Positions 19,181 to 27,761 of a stretch of DNA of 64,000 nt are shown here, in pieces. The notes below the pieces were generated by a model. The model was not told where the DNA came from. It made no database searches and saw only the letters and a list, made by a program, of their open reading frames with translations. The position numbers were made by a program, and so were the translations under genes. How positions within the stretch are numbered: position 1 is the stretch's first letter; each line of letters opens with the position of its first letter. The DNA comes from Vulcanimicrobiota bacterium (lineage in GTDB: Bacteria; Vulcanimicrobiota; Vulcanimicrobiia; Vulcanimicrobiales; Vulcanimicrobiaceae), in the NCBI GenBank assembly GCA_963695225.1, contig OY968762.1:1664001-1728000 (forward strand), written 5' to 3'.

Positions 19181-21466
19181 CTACTTCCGGATGCGTTCCG
19201 CGGCGGCGAGGGCGGCTTGGCCGAGGCCGATCCCGCCGTCGTTCGGCGGGACGAGCAGGTTGATCCACAAGCGCTCGCCGAGCGCGCTCGCCAGCATCTC
19301 GACGAGCAGCGCGTTCTGGAACACGCCGCCGCTGACGACGACGCGCCGCGCGCGCAGTTCTTCCGCGATCTCGAGGACGGCCGCCGCCAGCGCGCCGTGA
19401 AACGCGCGTGCGATCTGCGCGAGCGGGCGGCCGGCGCACCGGTCCGCGATTGCGGCGGCGAGCAGCGGGCGATGATCGATCTCGCCGTCGCGAAACGGGA
19501 ACGGGTACGGTGCCGCCTCCGGCGCCGTTCGCGCGAGGTGCTCGAGCCACATCGCGGCCTGCCCCTCGAAAGTCTGCTCGCGCGTGAAGCCCAAGAGCGC
19601 CGCAACCGTATCGAAGAGGCGCCCGACCGAGCTCGTCTCGAACGTGCGCACGCCCTTGCGCACGAGTTCGCTCGCCTGCGCGAACCGGTCGGGAAACGAG
19701 AACGGCGGCTGCAGCAAGAGCTCCTCGCCTGCGAGCCCGTGCAGGAAGCCGGCGGCGGCCTGCACCGGGAAGCGCGCGGCCGCGTCCCCGCCCGGCAACG
19801 AAACGGGACGGAGGTTGGCAACGCGCGCGAGCCCGCCCGCGAGCGTCCCGCGGAACACTTCGCCGCCCCAGATCGTGCCGTCGTCGCCATACCCCGTCCC
19901 GTCGAATGCGAATCCGACGACCTCCGTATCCCAGGCGCCGTGCTCGGCGAGGACGCTCGCGACGTGCGCGCGATGGTGCTGCAACGCGACCGTTCGCCCC
20001 GGGAGCGATTGCGCGTACTGCGTCGAGTGATACCCCGGATGCAGATCGTGCGCGACGACGAGCTTCTCAGGAACGACGCCGTACATCGCACAAAGATCGG
20101 CGACCGTCGACTCGAACGCCTCGCGCGCCGCGAACTGATCGAGATCTCCCACGTGCTGGCTCGCGAAGGCTTGCCCGCCGACGACAAGCACGATCGCGTT
20201 TTTCAAATCCCCCCCGAGCGCGAGGATCGGCTTCCCCGCAGGGATCTCGGCGACGGCCTGCGGCGCGTAACCGCGCGCGCGGCGCAGCACGCTCGGCCCC
20301 TGCGGGCCGACCCGCACGATCGAATCGTCGATCCGGCGCGCGATCGGGCGCTCTCCGACGAGGAACGCGTCGGGGATTCCGGCGAGCGAAACGAACGCGT
20401 CGCCCTCGGTATACGCGATCGGCTCGCTCGAGCGATTCGCGCTCGTCAGCACGAGCACGTGCGGCGCGCCGGCTGCGAACAGCAGATGGTGCAGCGGCGC
20501 GTACGGCAACATCACGCCGAGCTCGGCGTTTTCCGGCGCGACTCCCGCGAGTTCCACTCTCGCAGGCGCGAGCACGATCGGGCGCGCGATCGAGGTCAGG
20601 ACGCGCTCCGCCTGCGCGCCGAACGCTGCGAGCGAGCGCGCCGTCGCAAGATCGCGCACCATCAGCGCGAACGGCCGATCCTTGCGGAACTTCCGCTCGC
20701 GCAACGCGTGGACCGCATCCGGATTGCGCGCGTCGCAGGCCAGGTGATACCCGCCGATCCCCTTGATCGCGACGATCGCGCCGGAGCGCAGGAGCGCAGC
20801 CGCCGCCTCGATCGCGCCGTCGCGCAGCGGCGCGTTCGCGTTCTGCTCGCCGCCGGGCGCGGGGGCAAGCGCGGCCTCTCGCTCGGCCGCCTCCGCATGC
20901 AGCAGATGATATGCCGGACCGCATTTTCCGCACGCGACGGGCTGCGCGTGAAAGCGGCGATCCCCCGGGTCTTCGTATTCGGCCCGGCACTCGGCGCAGA
21001 GCGGCCAGTCGCGCATCGTCGTTCGCGGCCGGTCGTACGGCAGGCTCAACACGATGCTGTAGCGCGGCCCGCAATTCGTGCAGTTGATGTACGGATACCC
21101 GGCGCGCCGGTTCCACGGGTCGAACATCTCCTTCAAGCACTCGTCGCAGACCGCTAAGTCCGGCGAGACGCGCGTCGTCGGAAGCGCCGAGCGGATGCTC
21201 TCGCGAATCGCGAACGTCGCGTACCCCTCCTCCCGGGCGGCTTCCGCGACCAGTGAGGCCACCTGCGCCGCCGCCGGCGGTCGCGCTCGCAAATCGGCGA
21301 CGAACCGCTCGAGCGCTTCGGGCGGCCCCTCGCCGTGCACGTGGACGCCGTCCTCGCCGTTGCGAACCCAGCCCGTCACGCCGTGCTGCGCCGCGATCCG
21401 GTAGACGAACGGCCGGAAGCCGACGCCCTGCACGATGCCCGTGACGTGGATCCGGATCGCGCTCAC
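19181..21466 (-). CDS. hypF: Carbamoyltransferase HypF
   Basis: Acylphosphatase GIVQGVGFRPF, Zn fingers CTNCGPRY and RRFHAQPVAC, HDLHP, QHHRAH, PPNDGGIGLGQA. Confidence 0.97.
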   Translation of the reverse strand: MSAIRIHVTGIVQGVGFRPFVYRIAAQHGVTGWVRNGEDGVHVHGEGPPEALERFVADLRARPPAAAQVASLVAEAAREEGYATFAIRESIRSALPTTRVSPDLAVCDECLKEMFDPWNRRAGYPYINCTNCGPRYSIVLSLPYDRPRTTMRDWPLCAECRAEYEDPGDRRFHAQPVACGKCGPAYHLLHAEAAEREAALAPAPGGEQNANAPLRDGAIEAAAALLRSGAIVAIKGIGGYHLACDARNPDAVHALRERKFRKDRPFALMVRDLATARSLAAFGAQAERVLTSIARPIVLAPARVELAGVAPENAELGVMLPYAPLHHLLFAAGAPHVLVLTSANRSSEPIAYTEGDAFVSLAGIPDAFLVGERPIARRIDDSIVRVGPQGPSVLRRARGYAPQAVAEIPAGKPILALGGDLKNAIVLVVGGQAFASQHVGDLDQFAAREAFESTVADLCAMYGVVPEKLVVAHDLHPGYHSTQYAQSLPGRTVALQHHRAHVASVLAEHGAWDTEVVGFAFDGTGYGDDGTIWGGEVFRGTLAGGLARVANLRPVSLPGGDAAARFPVQAAAGFLHGLAGEELLLQPPFSFPDRFAQASELVRKGVRTFETSSVGRLFDTVAALLGFTREQTFEGQAAMWLEHLARTAPEAAPYPFPFRDGEIDHRPLLAAAIADRCAGRPLAQIARAFHGALAAAVLEIAEELRARRVVVSGGVFQNALLVEMLASALGERLWINLLVPPNDGGIGLGQAALAAAERIRK

Positions 21467-21696
21467 GCTAGGCCGATGTAACAGCCGCGCCCCCGCATCC
21501 CGACTTGCACGATGCGGCCGTCCTCGACGAGAACCGGTACCATCGCCGCCGCGCCCGCTAGCTCGATCAAACGCGCGCGCGCCGAGGGATCTCCCTCGAC
21601 GTCGAATGCGCTGAACGCGCGCCCGTCGAACTCGAGCTCCTCGCGCAGCTCGGCACAGTACGGACAGTGCTTCGTCATATAGAGCTCGAGCGCCAT
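21463..21696 (-). CDS. Glutaredoxin-like protein (CPYC plus C-terminal GRGC; Uxx-star-like)
   Basis: Last 77 aa of track ORF 21463..22941: MALELYMTKHCPYC..VPVLVEDGRIVQVGMRGRGCYIGLA; overlaps the hypE stop and the hypF start. Confidence 0.85.
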   Translation of the reverse strand: MALELYMTKHCPYCAELREELEFDGRAFSAFDVEGDPSARARLIELAGAAAMVPVLVEDGRIVQVGMRGRGCYIGLA

Positions 21697-22748
21697 CAGC
21701 AGATGCGCGGCAACGGGTCGCCCACGAGCATGTCGATGACCCGCGTCCCGCCGTATCCGCTCACGCCGAGGACGCGCCGTTTCGGCTGCGCGCGCACTTC
21801 GCCGATGCAGACCGCCCCTTGGCCGCCCGGCATCGCCCGGAGCGTCGCGAGGGCGTCGTCCGCCGCTTCCGCCGCAACGACGGCCAGGAACTGCCCCTCG
21901 TTCGCGATGTGCAGCGGGTCGAGGCCGAGCAACTCGCACGCGCCGCGCACGCCCTCGTCCACCGGGATCGCATCCTCGTACAGCGCGATCCCGCATTCGG
22001 TCGAGCGCACGAGTTCGTTGAGCGCCGTCGCGACGCCGCCGCGCGTCGGATCGCGCATCCAGCGAATTTCGCCGGCGCAGCATTCCAGCAGCGCCGCGAC
22101 GAACGGCCAAACGCACCGCGTGTCGGAACGCAGGTCGGCTTCCAGCGCGAGTTCCCCGCGCGCGAGCAAGATCGTGATCCCGTGATCCCCGATGGGCCCG
22201 GAAAGCAGCACGCGGTCGCCCGGGCGCACGGATGCCGGATCGAGGCGCGCGCGCGGATCGATCGTTCCGATCCCGAACGTCGAGATGTACATCCCGTCGG
22301 CCGCTCCGTGCTCGACGACCTTCGTGTCGCCGCCGACGATCGGGACGCCGGCCTTGCGCGCCGCGTTCGCCATCGCTTCGAGCTCGCGCTCGAGGACGGC
22401 GACGTCGAGGCCCGCCTCCAGGATGAACGTCGCCATCAGCGCGAGCGGTCTCGCGCCGGAGACCGCGAGATCGTTGAGCGTCCCGTTCACGGCAAGGTCG
22501 CCGATCGAGCCGCCGGGGAACTGCAACGGCTTCACGACGAAACCGTCGGCCGTCGTCGCGAGCGCGCCGTCGCCGTGCGGAAGGCGCGCGGCATCGGAGA
22601 ACGCGGCAAGGACCGGATTCGCGAAGTAGGGCGCGATCAACCCTTCGACCAAACGGCGGGAGGCTTTCCCGCCGGCGCCGTGCGCCATCTCGATGCACGC
22701 GTCGCGAAAGCGCACGTCCGGTCGCGTCCGGTCGAGCGTTTCCATCAA
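21696..22748 (-). CDS. hypE: Hydrogenase maturation protein HypE
   Basis: MAHGAGG, GDTKVV, MRDPTRGG, C-terminal LPRIC. Confidence 0.97.
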   Translation of the reverse strand: MMETLDRTRPDVRFRDACIEMAHGAGGKASRRLVEGLIAPYFANPVLAAFSDAARLPHGDGALATTADGFVVKPLQFPGGSIGDLAVNGTLNDLAVSGARPLALMATFILEAGLDVAVLERELEAMANAARKAGVPIVGGDTKVVEHGAADGMYISTFGIGTIDPRARLDPASVRPGDRVLLSGPIGDHGITILLARGELALEADLRSDTRCVWPFVAALLECCAGEIRWMRDPTRGGVATALNELVRSTECGIALYEDAIPVDEGVRGACELLGLDPLHIANEGQFLAVVAAEAADDALATLRAMPGGQGAVCIGEVRAQPKRRVLGVSGYGGTRVIDMLVGDPLPRIC

Positions 22749-22778
22749 TCCGGGTTCCCGGGATTCCGGCGCATCGTG

Positions 22779-23891
22779 CTAGCTTTCGACGGCCGTGCCG
22801 AGATCGACGTACTTGTAGTAGGCGGCGCAGGCGCCTTCGCTCGAGACCATCAACGCGCCAAGCGGATGTTCGGGGTTGCACGCGTTTCCGAAGAGCTTGC
22901 ACCCGGGCGGCTTCAGGATGCCTTTGAGAACCTCGCCGCATTGAGCCGAGCGCGGATCGGTCGCGCGAACCCCCGGCACCTCGAACTGCACTTCAGCGTC
23001 CCAGGCCGCGTATTTCGCTTTGATCCCGAGCGCGGAATTTGGAATCGATCCGAGACCGCGCCATTCGAAGTGCGGGCGTAACTCCATCGTCTCTTCCATC
23101 GCGCGCAACGCGGCCACGTTTCCGCCGGGCGGGACGAAGCGGCGATATTGGTTCTCCACCTTCGCTTCCCCGGCGACGAGCTGGCGCAGCACCATGAGCA
23201 CAGATTCCATCAGATCGAGCGGTTCGAACCCCGAGATGACGACCGGTTTGCCGTATTCCGAGGCGATGAACTCGTACGGCTTGCACCCGATGACGGTCGA
23301 GACATGGCCCGGGCCGATGAACCCGTCGATCCGCATATCGGGCGCGTCGACGATCGCACGCATCGGCGGAATCACGACGACGTGATTGCAGAACACCGAG
23401 AAGTTGCGCACGTTCTCGCCGGCCGCTTGCAGGATCGTCAGCGCGGTCGAGGGCGCCGTCGTCTCGAACCCGATCGCGAAGAAGCAGACGTGCTTCTGCG
23501 GATTCTCCTTCGCGAGCCGGAGCGCGTCCAGCGGCGAATAGACCATGCGGATGTCGCAACCGCGCGCCTTGTACTCCAGCGGCGTTCCCTTCGTCCCCGG
23601 GACGCGCATCATGTCGCCGAAGCAGGCGAGGATCACGTTCGGCTGTTCGGCGATCACGAGGCCGTCGTCGACGCGCCCCGTAGGGAGAACGCACACCGGA
23701 CAGCCGGGGCCGTGCACGAACTCGATATTCTCCGGGAGAACGTCCGCGAGGCCGTAGCGGTAGATCGCGTGCGTGTGCCCTCCGCAGACTTCCATGATCC
23801 GATAGTGCCGGTCCGGTTCGACCGTGCGAGCGATCTCGTGCGCGAGTGCGGCGATCAGCTTCGGGTCGCGGTATTCGTCGACGTATTTCAC
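22779..23891 (-). CDS. hypD: Hydrogenase maturation protein HypD
   Basis: MEVCGGHTH, GPGCPVC, GFETT, PGHVS, MVSSEGACAAYY. Confidence 0.97.
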   Translation of the reverse strand: MKYVDEYRDPKLIAALAHEIARTVEPDRHYRIMEVCGGHTHAIYRYGLADVLPENIEFVHGPGCPVCVLPTGRVDDGLVIAEQPNVILACFGDMMRVPGTKGTPLEYKARGCDIRMVYSPLDALRLAKENPQKHVCFFAIGFETTAPSTALTILQAAGENVRNFSVFCNHVVVIPPMRAIVDAPDMRIDGFIGPGHVSTVIGCKPYEFIASEYGKPVVISGFEPLDLMESVLMVLRQLVAGEAKVENQYRRFVPPGGNVAALRAMEETMELRPHFEWRGLGSIPNSALGIKAKYAAWDAEVQFEVPGVRATDPRSAQCGEVLKGILKPPGCKLFGNACNPEHPLGALMVSSEGACAAYYKYVDLGTAVES

Positions 23892-23892
23892 G

Positions 23893-24171
23893 TCACGACT
23901 CCGCGAAATCCAGGCCGCGCATCTCGTCCATCGCTTGTTCGCTCTCGCCGAGCATCTGCAGGATCGTCATCTGCTCCTGCGCCTGCTCCTCGCTGACGCG
24001 GCTCATCGCGAAGCCGACGTGCAGCAGGACCCAGTCGCCGACGGCTAGGTGCGCATCGCGCAGCAAGTCCACGTTCACGCGACGGCGCACTCCGGCGACT
24101 TCGGCGACGGCGAGCGCGCGGGTATCGCTTTCGGGAAATTCAACGATCTTCGCAGGGATTGCCAAGCACAT
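23893..24171 (-). CDS. hypC: HypC/HupF chaperone
   Basis: MCLAIPAK.., GDWVLLHVGFAM. Confidence 0.97.
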   Translation of the reverse strand: MCLAIPAKIVEFPESDTRALAVAEVAGVRRRVNVDLLRDAHLAVGDWVLLHVGFAMSRVSEEQAQEQMTILQMLGESEQAMDEMRGLDFAES

Positions 24172-24189
24172 CGCGTTCGCCTCGCCGCT

Positions 24190-25299
24190 CTATGTCTCGC
24201 GCGACCATAGCATCACGCGGTTGTTTCCCGAGTCCGCGATCGCCAAGCGGCGGCGATGCAGATGAACGCCGTACGGCCAACAGAGCGTCGAGGGCGTCAC
24301 GGCCTTCCATTCGTTCTCGCCGAACTTCGCGAAATCCGTTTGCCCGAGCACGCCGCTCGCCTCGAACGTCCCGCGTTCGGGCGGCCGCTCGTACAGCAGG
24401 ATGCGATTGTTCGCCGTATCCGCTACGGCGAGCAAGCCGTCTTCGTACGAGACGCCATACGGAAAACGCAGCTTAGCGGCGCTCTGCGTGCCGTAATTCA
24501 GCTCGCGGTCGCTCGTGAAGTCTTCCTGCCCGAGCACGAGATCGGCGCACGCGTCGCCCTGCGGCGGCGGCTCCCAGCCGAGCACGCGATGGTTCCCCGC
24601 ATCCGCGACGAAGAGCCGCCGCTCGTCGCCCGCGAGCGCGTGCGCCCAACGGAAACTGCGCGGACCGACGCCTTCGCCGCGGTTTTCCGCATTCTGCAAC
24701 CAACCGGGCTGGCCGAGCACGCCGTCGGCGGGCCGGTCGCATTGGGGGAGTCCGTGCCAATAGAGGACGCGGCGATTCCCCGTGTCGGCGACGTAGAAGC
24801 GGCCGTGCAGGAAGGCGATGCCGAACGGCCAGTAGAGCGAATCCGCCGAGACGCCGGTGCCGCGATTCGCTTCGACGCCCTCGAGGGAGGCCTGGCCGAG
24901 CGCGTAGTCCGGCGGCGTACCGCTCCGTTCGGGGACGCCGTTCCACACGAGGATACGATGGTGCCACGCGTCGGCGACGAAGAGCTTGCCCTCGAAGATG
25001 CCGACGCCCGTCGGCAAATGGAACAGCTTCGGCCCTTCAGCATGGAAATCGGCCTGCCCGAGCACGACCTGCGCCGGCGCTCCGTCGCTCTCCGGCGGCG
25101 GATTCCAAATCAAGACGCGGTGATTGCCCGAATCCGCGACGACGAGGCGTTCGTCGTCGAGCCACACGGCGCGCGGTGCGTAGAGATGTTCCGGCGTCGG
25201 ATGCGCGTCGGGCAAGGCGAGCCCGCCCGGTGAAGGTGCGCCGACCCGGTATTGCGGCACGAAACCGCCCGCCAACGCAAGGCTATCGACCGCCGGCAC
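24190..25299 (-). CDS. NHL-repeat protein associated with group 2a hydrogenases
   Basis: About six repeats of LxVADxxNHRVLxW ... VLGQxDF. Confidence 0.9.
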   Translation of the reverse strand: MPAVDSLALAGGFVPQYRVGAPSPGGLALPDAHPTPEHLYAPRAVWLDDERLVVADSGNHRVLIWNPPPESDGAPAQVVLGQADFHAEGPKLFHLPTGVGIFEGKLFVADAWHHRILVWNGVPERSGTPPDYALGQASLEGVEANRGTGVSADSLYWPFGIAFLHGRFYVADTGNRRVLYWHGLPQCDRPADGVLGQPGWLQNAENRGEGVGPRSFRWAHALAGDERRLFVADAGNHRVLGWEPPPQGDACADLVLGQEDFTSDRELNYGTQSAAKLRFPYGVSYEDGLLAVADTANNRILLYERPPERGTFEASGVLGQTDFAKFGENEWKAVTPSTLCWPYGVHLHRRRLAIADSGNNRVMLWSRET

Positions 25300-25314
25300 G
25301 AACCTGCTCCAACG

Positions 25315-27060
25315 TCATGCGGGGCTCGCGTCCAAGACCACGAGGCCGGCGGGAAGCGCCTCCCCTTCGGGCTCTTCGCTCTCCCGTTCGACGCGCGAGA
25401 TCTCCGGGACGCGCGCGCAAACCGCGCTTTCGATCCCGTCCTTCAGCGTTTGCGCGGAGCTGCTGCAACCGACGCAGGCTCCGCTCAGGCGCACGATCGC
25501 GGTCGAACCCTCGACCCCCACGAGCTCGACGTCGCCGCCGTGCGAACGCACGCCCGGCCGGAGCTCTTCGATGACGGCCGCGACGCGGTGCGCGACGCTC
25601 GGCCGCACGATCCCGTGCGCCGTCAACAAGGCGTACACTTCCGGCGTTTCGAGCGCGGCTCGCAGCAACTCGCGCCCGCGCTCGTCCGCGCGGATCGCGC
25701 GCACGAGCGCCACGAGGCCGCTGCGCGTGAGCGCGTCGAGCGCCTCTTTGAGCGCGAGCGCCGCCCGGCGCGCTGTTTCATCCTCCAGCTTGCGCGCGGC
25801 TTCCAGCGCCTCGTCCGCACGGCGCGCGAGCTCGTCGTAGTCCATGTCGCCTCCGCGTTTGGGTTCGTGGCTGCGCACCATCGCCTCGTGCAGGAGCGCG
25901 CGCACCGCGCTCGCGGCGCCGGCGTCCTCCTCCGCTTCGAAGAGTTGCAACGCTTCCTCGAGGCGCGGCACCGCGCGCGCGAACTCGCCCAAGCGGACCA
26001 GCGCGTTCCCGGCATTCGCCTGCGTGCGCGCGATCGCGATCGAATCGCGCTCGACGCGGCGCACGTCGAGCACGGCGTCATACAGCTCGACCGCCTCCGC
26101 GAGGTGCTCGGCAGGGCGCGCCGTCGGCGCTTCCTGCAGCGCGGTCGCCAGGTTCATCGTCGTCGTCGCCCACCAATAGGGGTTCGTCTCGCGCGTGAAG
26201 ACCCTCAGCGCCTCGCGCAACGACCCGATCGCGATCGCAGGACGCAAGTGCGCGGCCTCGCCCTCCCCCGGCATCGCGAGATAGGCGACCGCGAGATTCA
26301 TGTGCGCGAGCGCGTACCGTTCCGCGTGCTCGCCCTCGCGCCGGAAGACCGCCAGCGCTTCCTGGTACGCGCCGACCGCCTCGAGCAGCAGCGCCTTGCG
26401 TTCGCCGGCCGAGGCCTGGCAGAGCATCCCGTACTGCAGCGCGAGTTCCGCTTTCGTCTCCGCGAGCACGCTGTCGCGCGCGAGCTCGCGCGCGCGCGAC
26501 AGCGCCTGCAACAGCGGCTCGGAATCGCCGCCTTCTTCGCCGGCGAGCGCGACCCAATCGCTGAAATACCGCGCGGCGAGCAGCGGCGAGGCACCGCTAG
26601 CGGCCTCCGCGGCGGCGCGCAGTTCGTCGAACGCGCCCTCGTCCTTCGCCGCGAGCCGCGCGAACGCGCGCCCCGCGAGGAGCGTCGCCTCGACGACCGC
26701 ATCCGGGGAATGGCCTTGCGGCGGCGCGGGGATGAAGCCGCGACGATACGCCGCGAGGCGAGCGAGCGAGGCGAGGTCCCCCGTCGCGCGCAGGCGCAGA
26801 TCGTCGAACGCTTCCCGCGCCGACGTGAACACGAAGCGGTTGTAGGCGGCGAGCGCATCATCGCCCTCGATCGCGGCGAGCGCTTCGTCCGCCTCGCCGC
26901 GCACGGCATGCGCGAAAAACGCCCACGCGGCGGGGATCTCCGCGAGATCCCCGCGCAAGACGCGCGCCAGCGCGGCGCGATCCTCGCCGTCCGCGGTCTC
27001 CGGCAGGAGCAACTCCCCTGCGGGCCCGGACCAGATGCCGAGCGGTTGCGGTGAAAGCAT
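25315..27060 (-). CDS. TPR-like protein fused to a NifU-C-like domain (CVGC)
   Basis: Helical repeats (YALAHMNLAVAY, WATTTMNLATAL) followed by LRPGVRSHGGDVELV..LSGACVGCSSS; internal SD+ATG at 25845. Confidence 0.85.
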   Translation of the reverse strand: MLSPQPLGIWSGPAGELLLPETADGEDRAALARVLRGDLAEIPAAWAFFAHAVRGEADEALAAIEGDDALAAYNRFVFTSAREAFDDLRLRATGDLASLARLAAYRRGFIPAPPQGHSPDAVVEATLLAGRAFARLAAKDEGAFDELRAAAEAASGASPLLAARYFSDWVALAGEEGGDSEPLLQALSRARELARDSVLAETKAELALQYGMLCQASAGERKALLLEAVGAYQEALAVFRREGEHAERYALAHMNLAVAYLAMPGEGEAAHLRPAIAIGSLREALRVFTRETNPYWWATTTMNLATALQEAPTARPAEHLAEAVELYDAVLDVRRVERDSIAIARTQANAGNALVRLGEFARAVPRLEEALQLFEAEEDAGAASAVRALLHEAMVRSHEPKRGGDMDYDELARRADEALEAARKLEDETARRAALALKEALDALTRSGLVALVRAIRADERGRELLRAALETPEVYALLTAHGIVRPSVAHRVAAVIEELRPGVRSHGGDVELVGVEGSTAIVRLSGACVGCSSSAQTLKDGIESAVCARVPEISRVERESEEPEGEALPAGLVVLDASPA

Positions 27061-27064
27061 ACGC

Positions 27065-27277
27065 TCAGAACCCGCTCGGCGGGCCGTCGAGATCGCGATC
27101 CGCTACGCGCTCCATCCACTTCGCCGCCATTTCGGCCCTATCGCGCGAGGAGTACGCGGCGATGCGCCGGCGGGCGATTCCGTCGACGAACAGTACATCA
27201 AGGTAAACGACCCACATGCCGGACTCCCGTTCGATGCGCGAATATGCGCGGAGCGCGTTACGGTCGAAGCCGCCCAT
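27065..27277 (-). CDS. Small hypothetical protein of the hydrogenase cluster
   Basis: 70 aa, GGAG upstream, in operon; WVVYLDV..RRRIAAY..AEMAAKW resembles the small ORFs found in such clusters. Confidence 0.7.
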   Translation of the reverse strand: MGGFDRNALRAYSRIERESGMWVVYLDVLFVDGIARRRIAAYSSRDRAEMAAKWMERVADRDLDGPPSGF

Positions 27278-27761
27278 GCTCGGCGCCGGCTACCCCCGCG
27301 CCGTACCGGCGCAGGAGCAGATCGGCGACCTCCCGCATCGCCCGCTCGACCGGCGGGCTCAAACCAACGCCCGGCTCCGTGCTCTGCGCCTCGATCAGGA
27401 ACACGGTCACGTGCGCGGGGAAACGATCTTTGAGCAACCAGCGCCCGAATGCGAGCGCGTTGTCCCAACGAAACGAATGCAAGTTCATCCCGGCGAGCGG
27501 CGGCGTCTCGACCTCTTCCCCGGGGATCTCGAAGATCGCCCCGGCTTCCGCTCCGCTCACGCAGGCATCGACGATCGCGACTTCGCGCGCGCCGGCGAGT
27601 TGAAACGCGACGTCCATCCCGGCGGTCCCGCCGTCGGCGAGGCGCACGCCCGGCGGCACGCCGAGCTCCCACAGGCGGCGGACGAGCATCGGCCCGACGC
27701 CGTCGTCGCTGCGGACGAGGTTCCCGCAGCCGACGACGACGACGTCGCCGAGTTCAGACGA
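27258..27761 (-). CDS. Hydrogenase maturation endopeptidase (HupW/HybD family); start codon uncertain
   Basis: In frame upstream of the track start 27689 lies VVVVGCGNLVRSDDGVG; also DGGTAG, IVDA, LHSFRW. No ATG/GTG/TTG precedes the motif. Confidence 0.85.
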   Translation of the reverse strand, partial: SSELGDVVVVGCGNLVRSDDGVGPMLVRRLWELGVPPGVRLADGGTAGMDVAFQLAGAREVAIVDACVSGAEAGAIFEIPGEEVETPPLAGMNLHSFRWDNALAFGRWLLKDRFPAHVTVFLIEAQSTEPGVGLSPPVERAMREVADLLLRRYGAGVAGAEHGRLRP

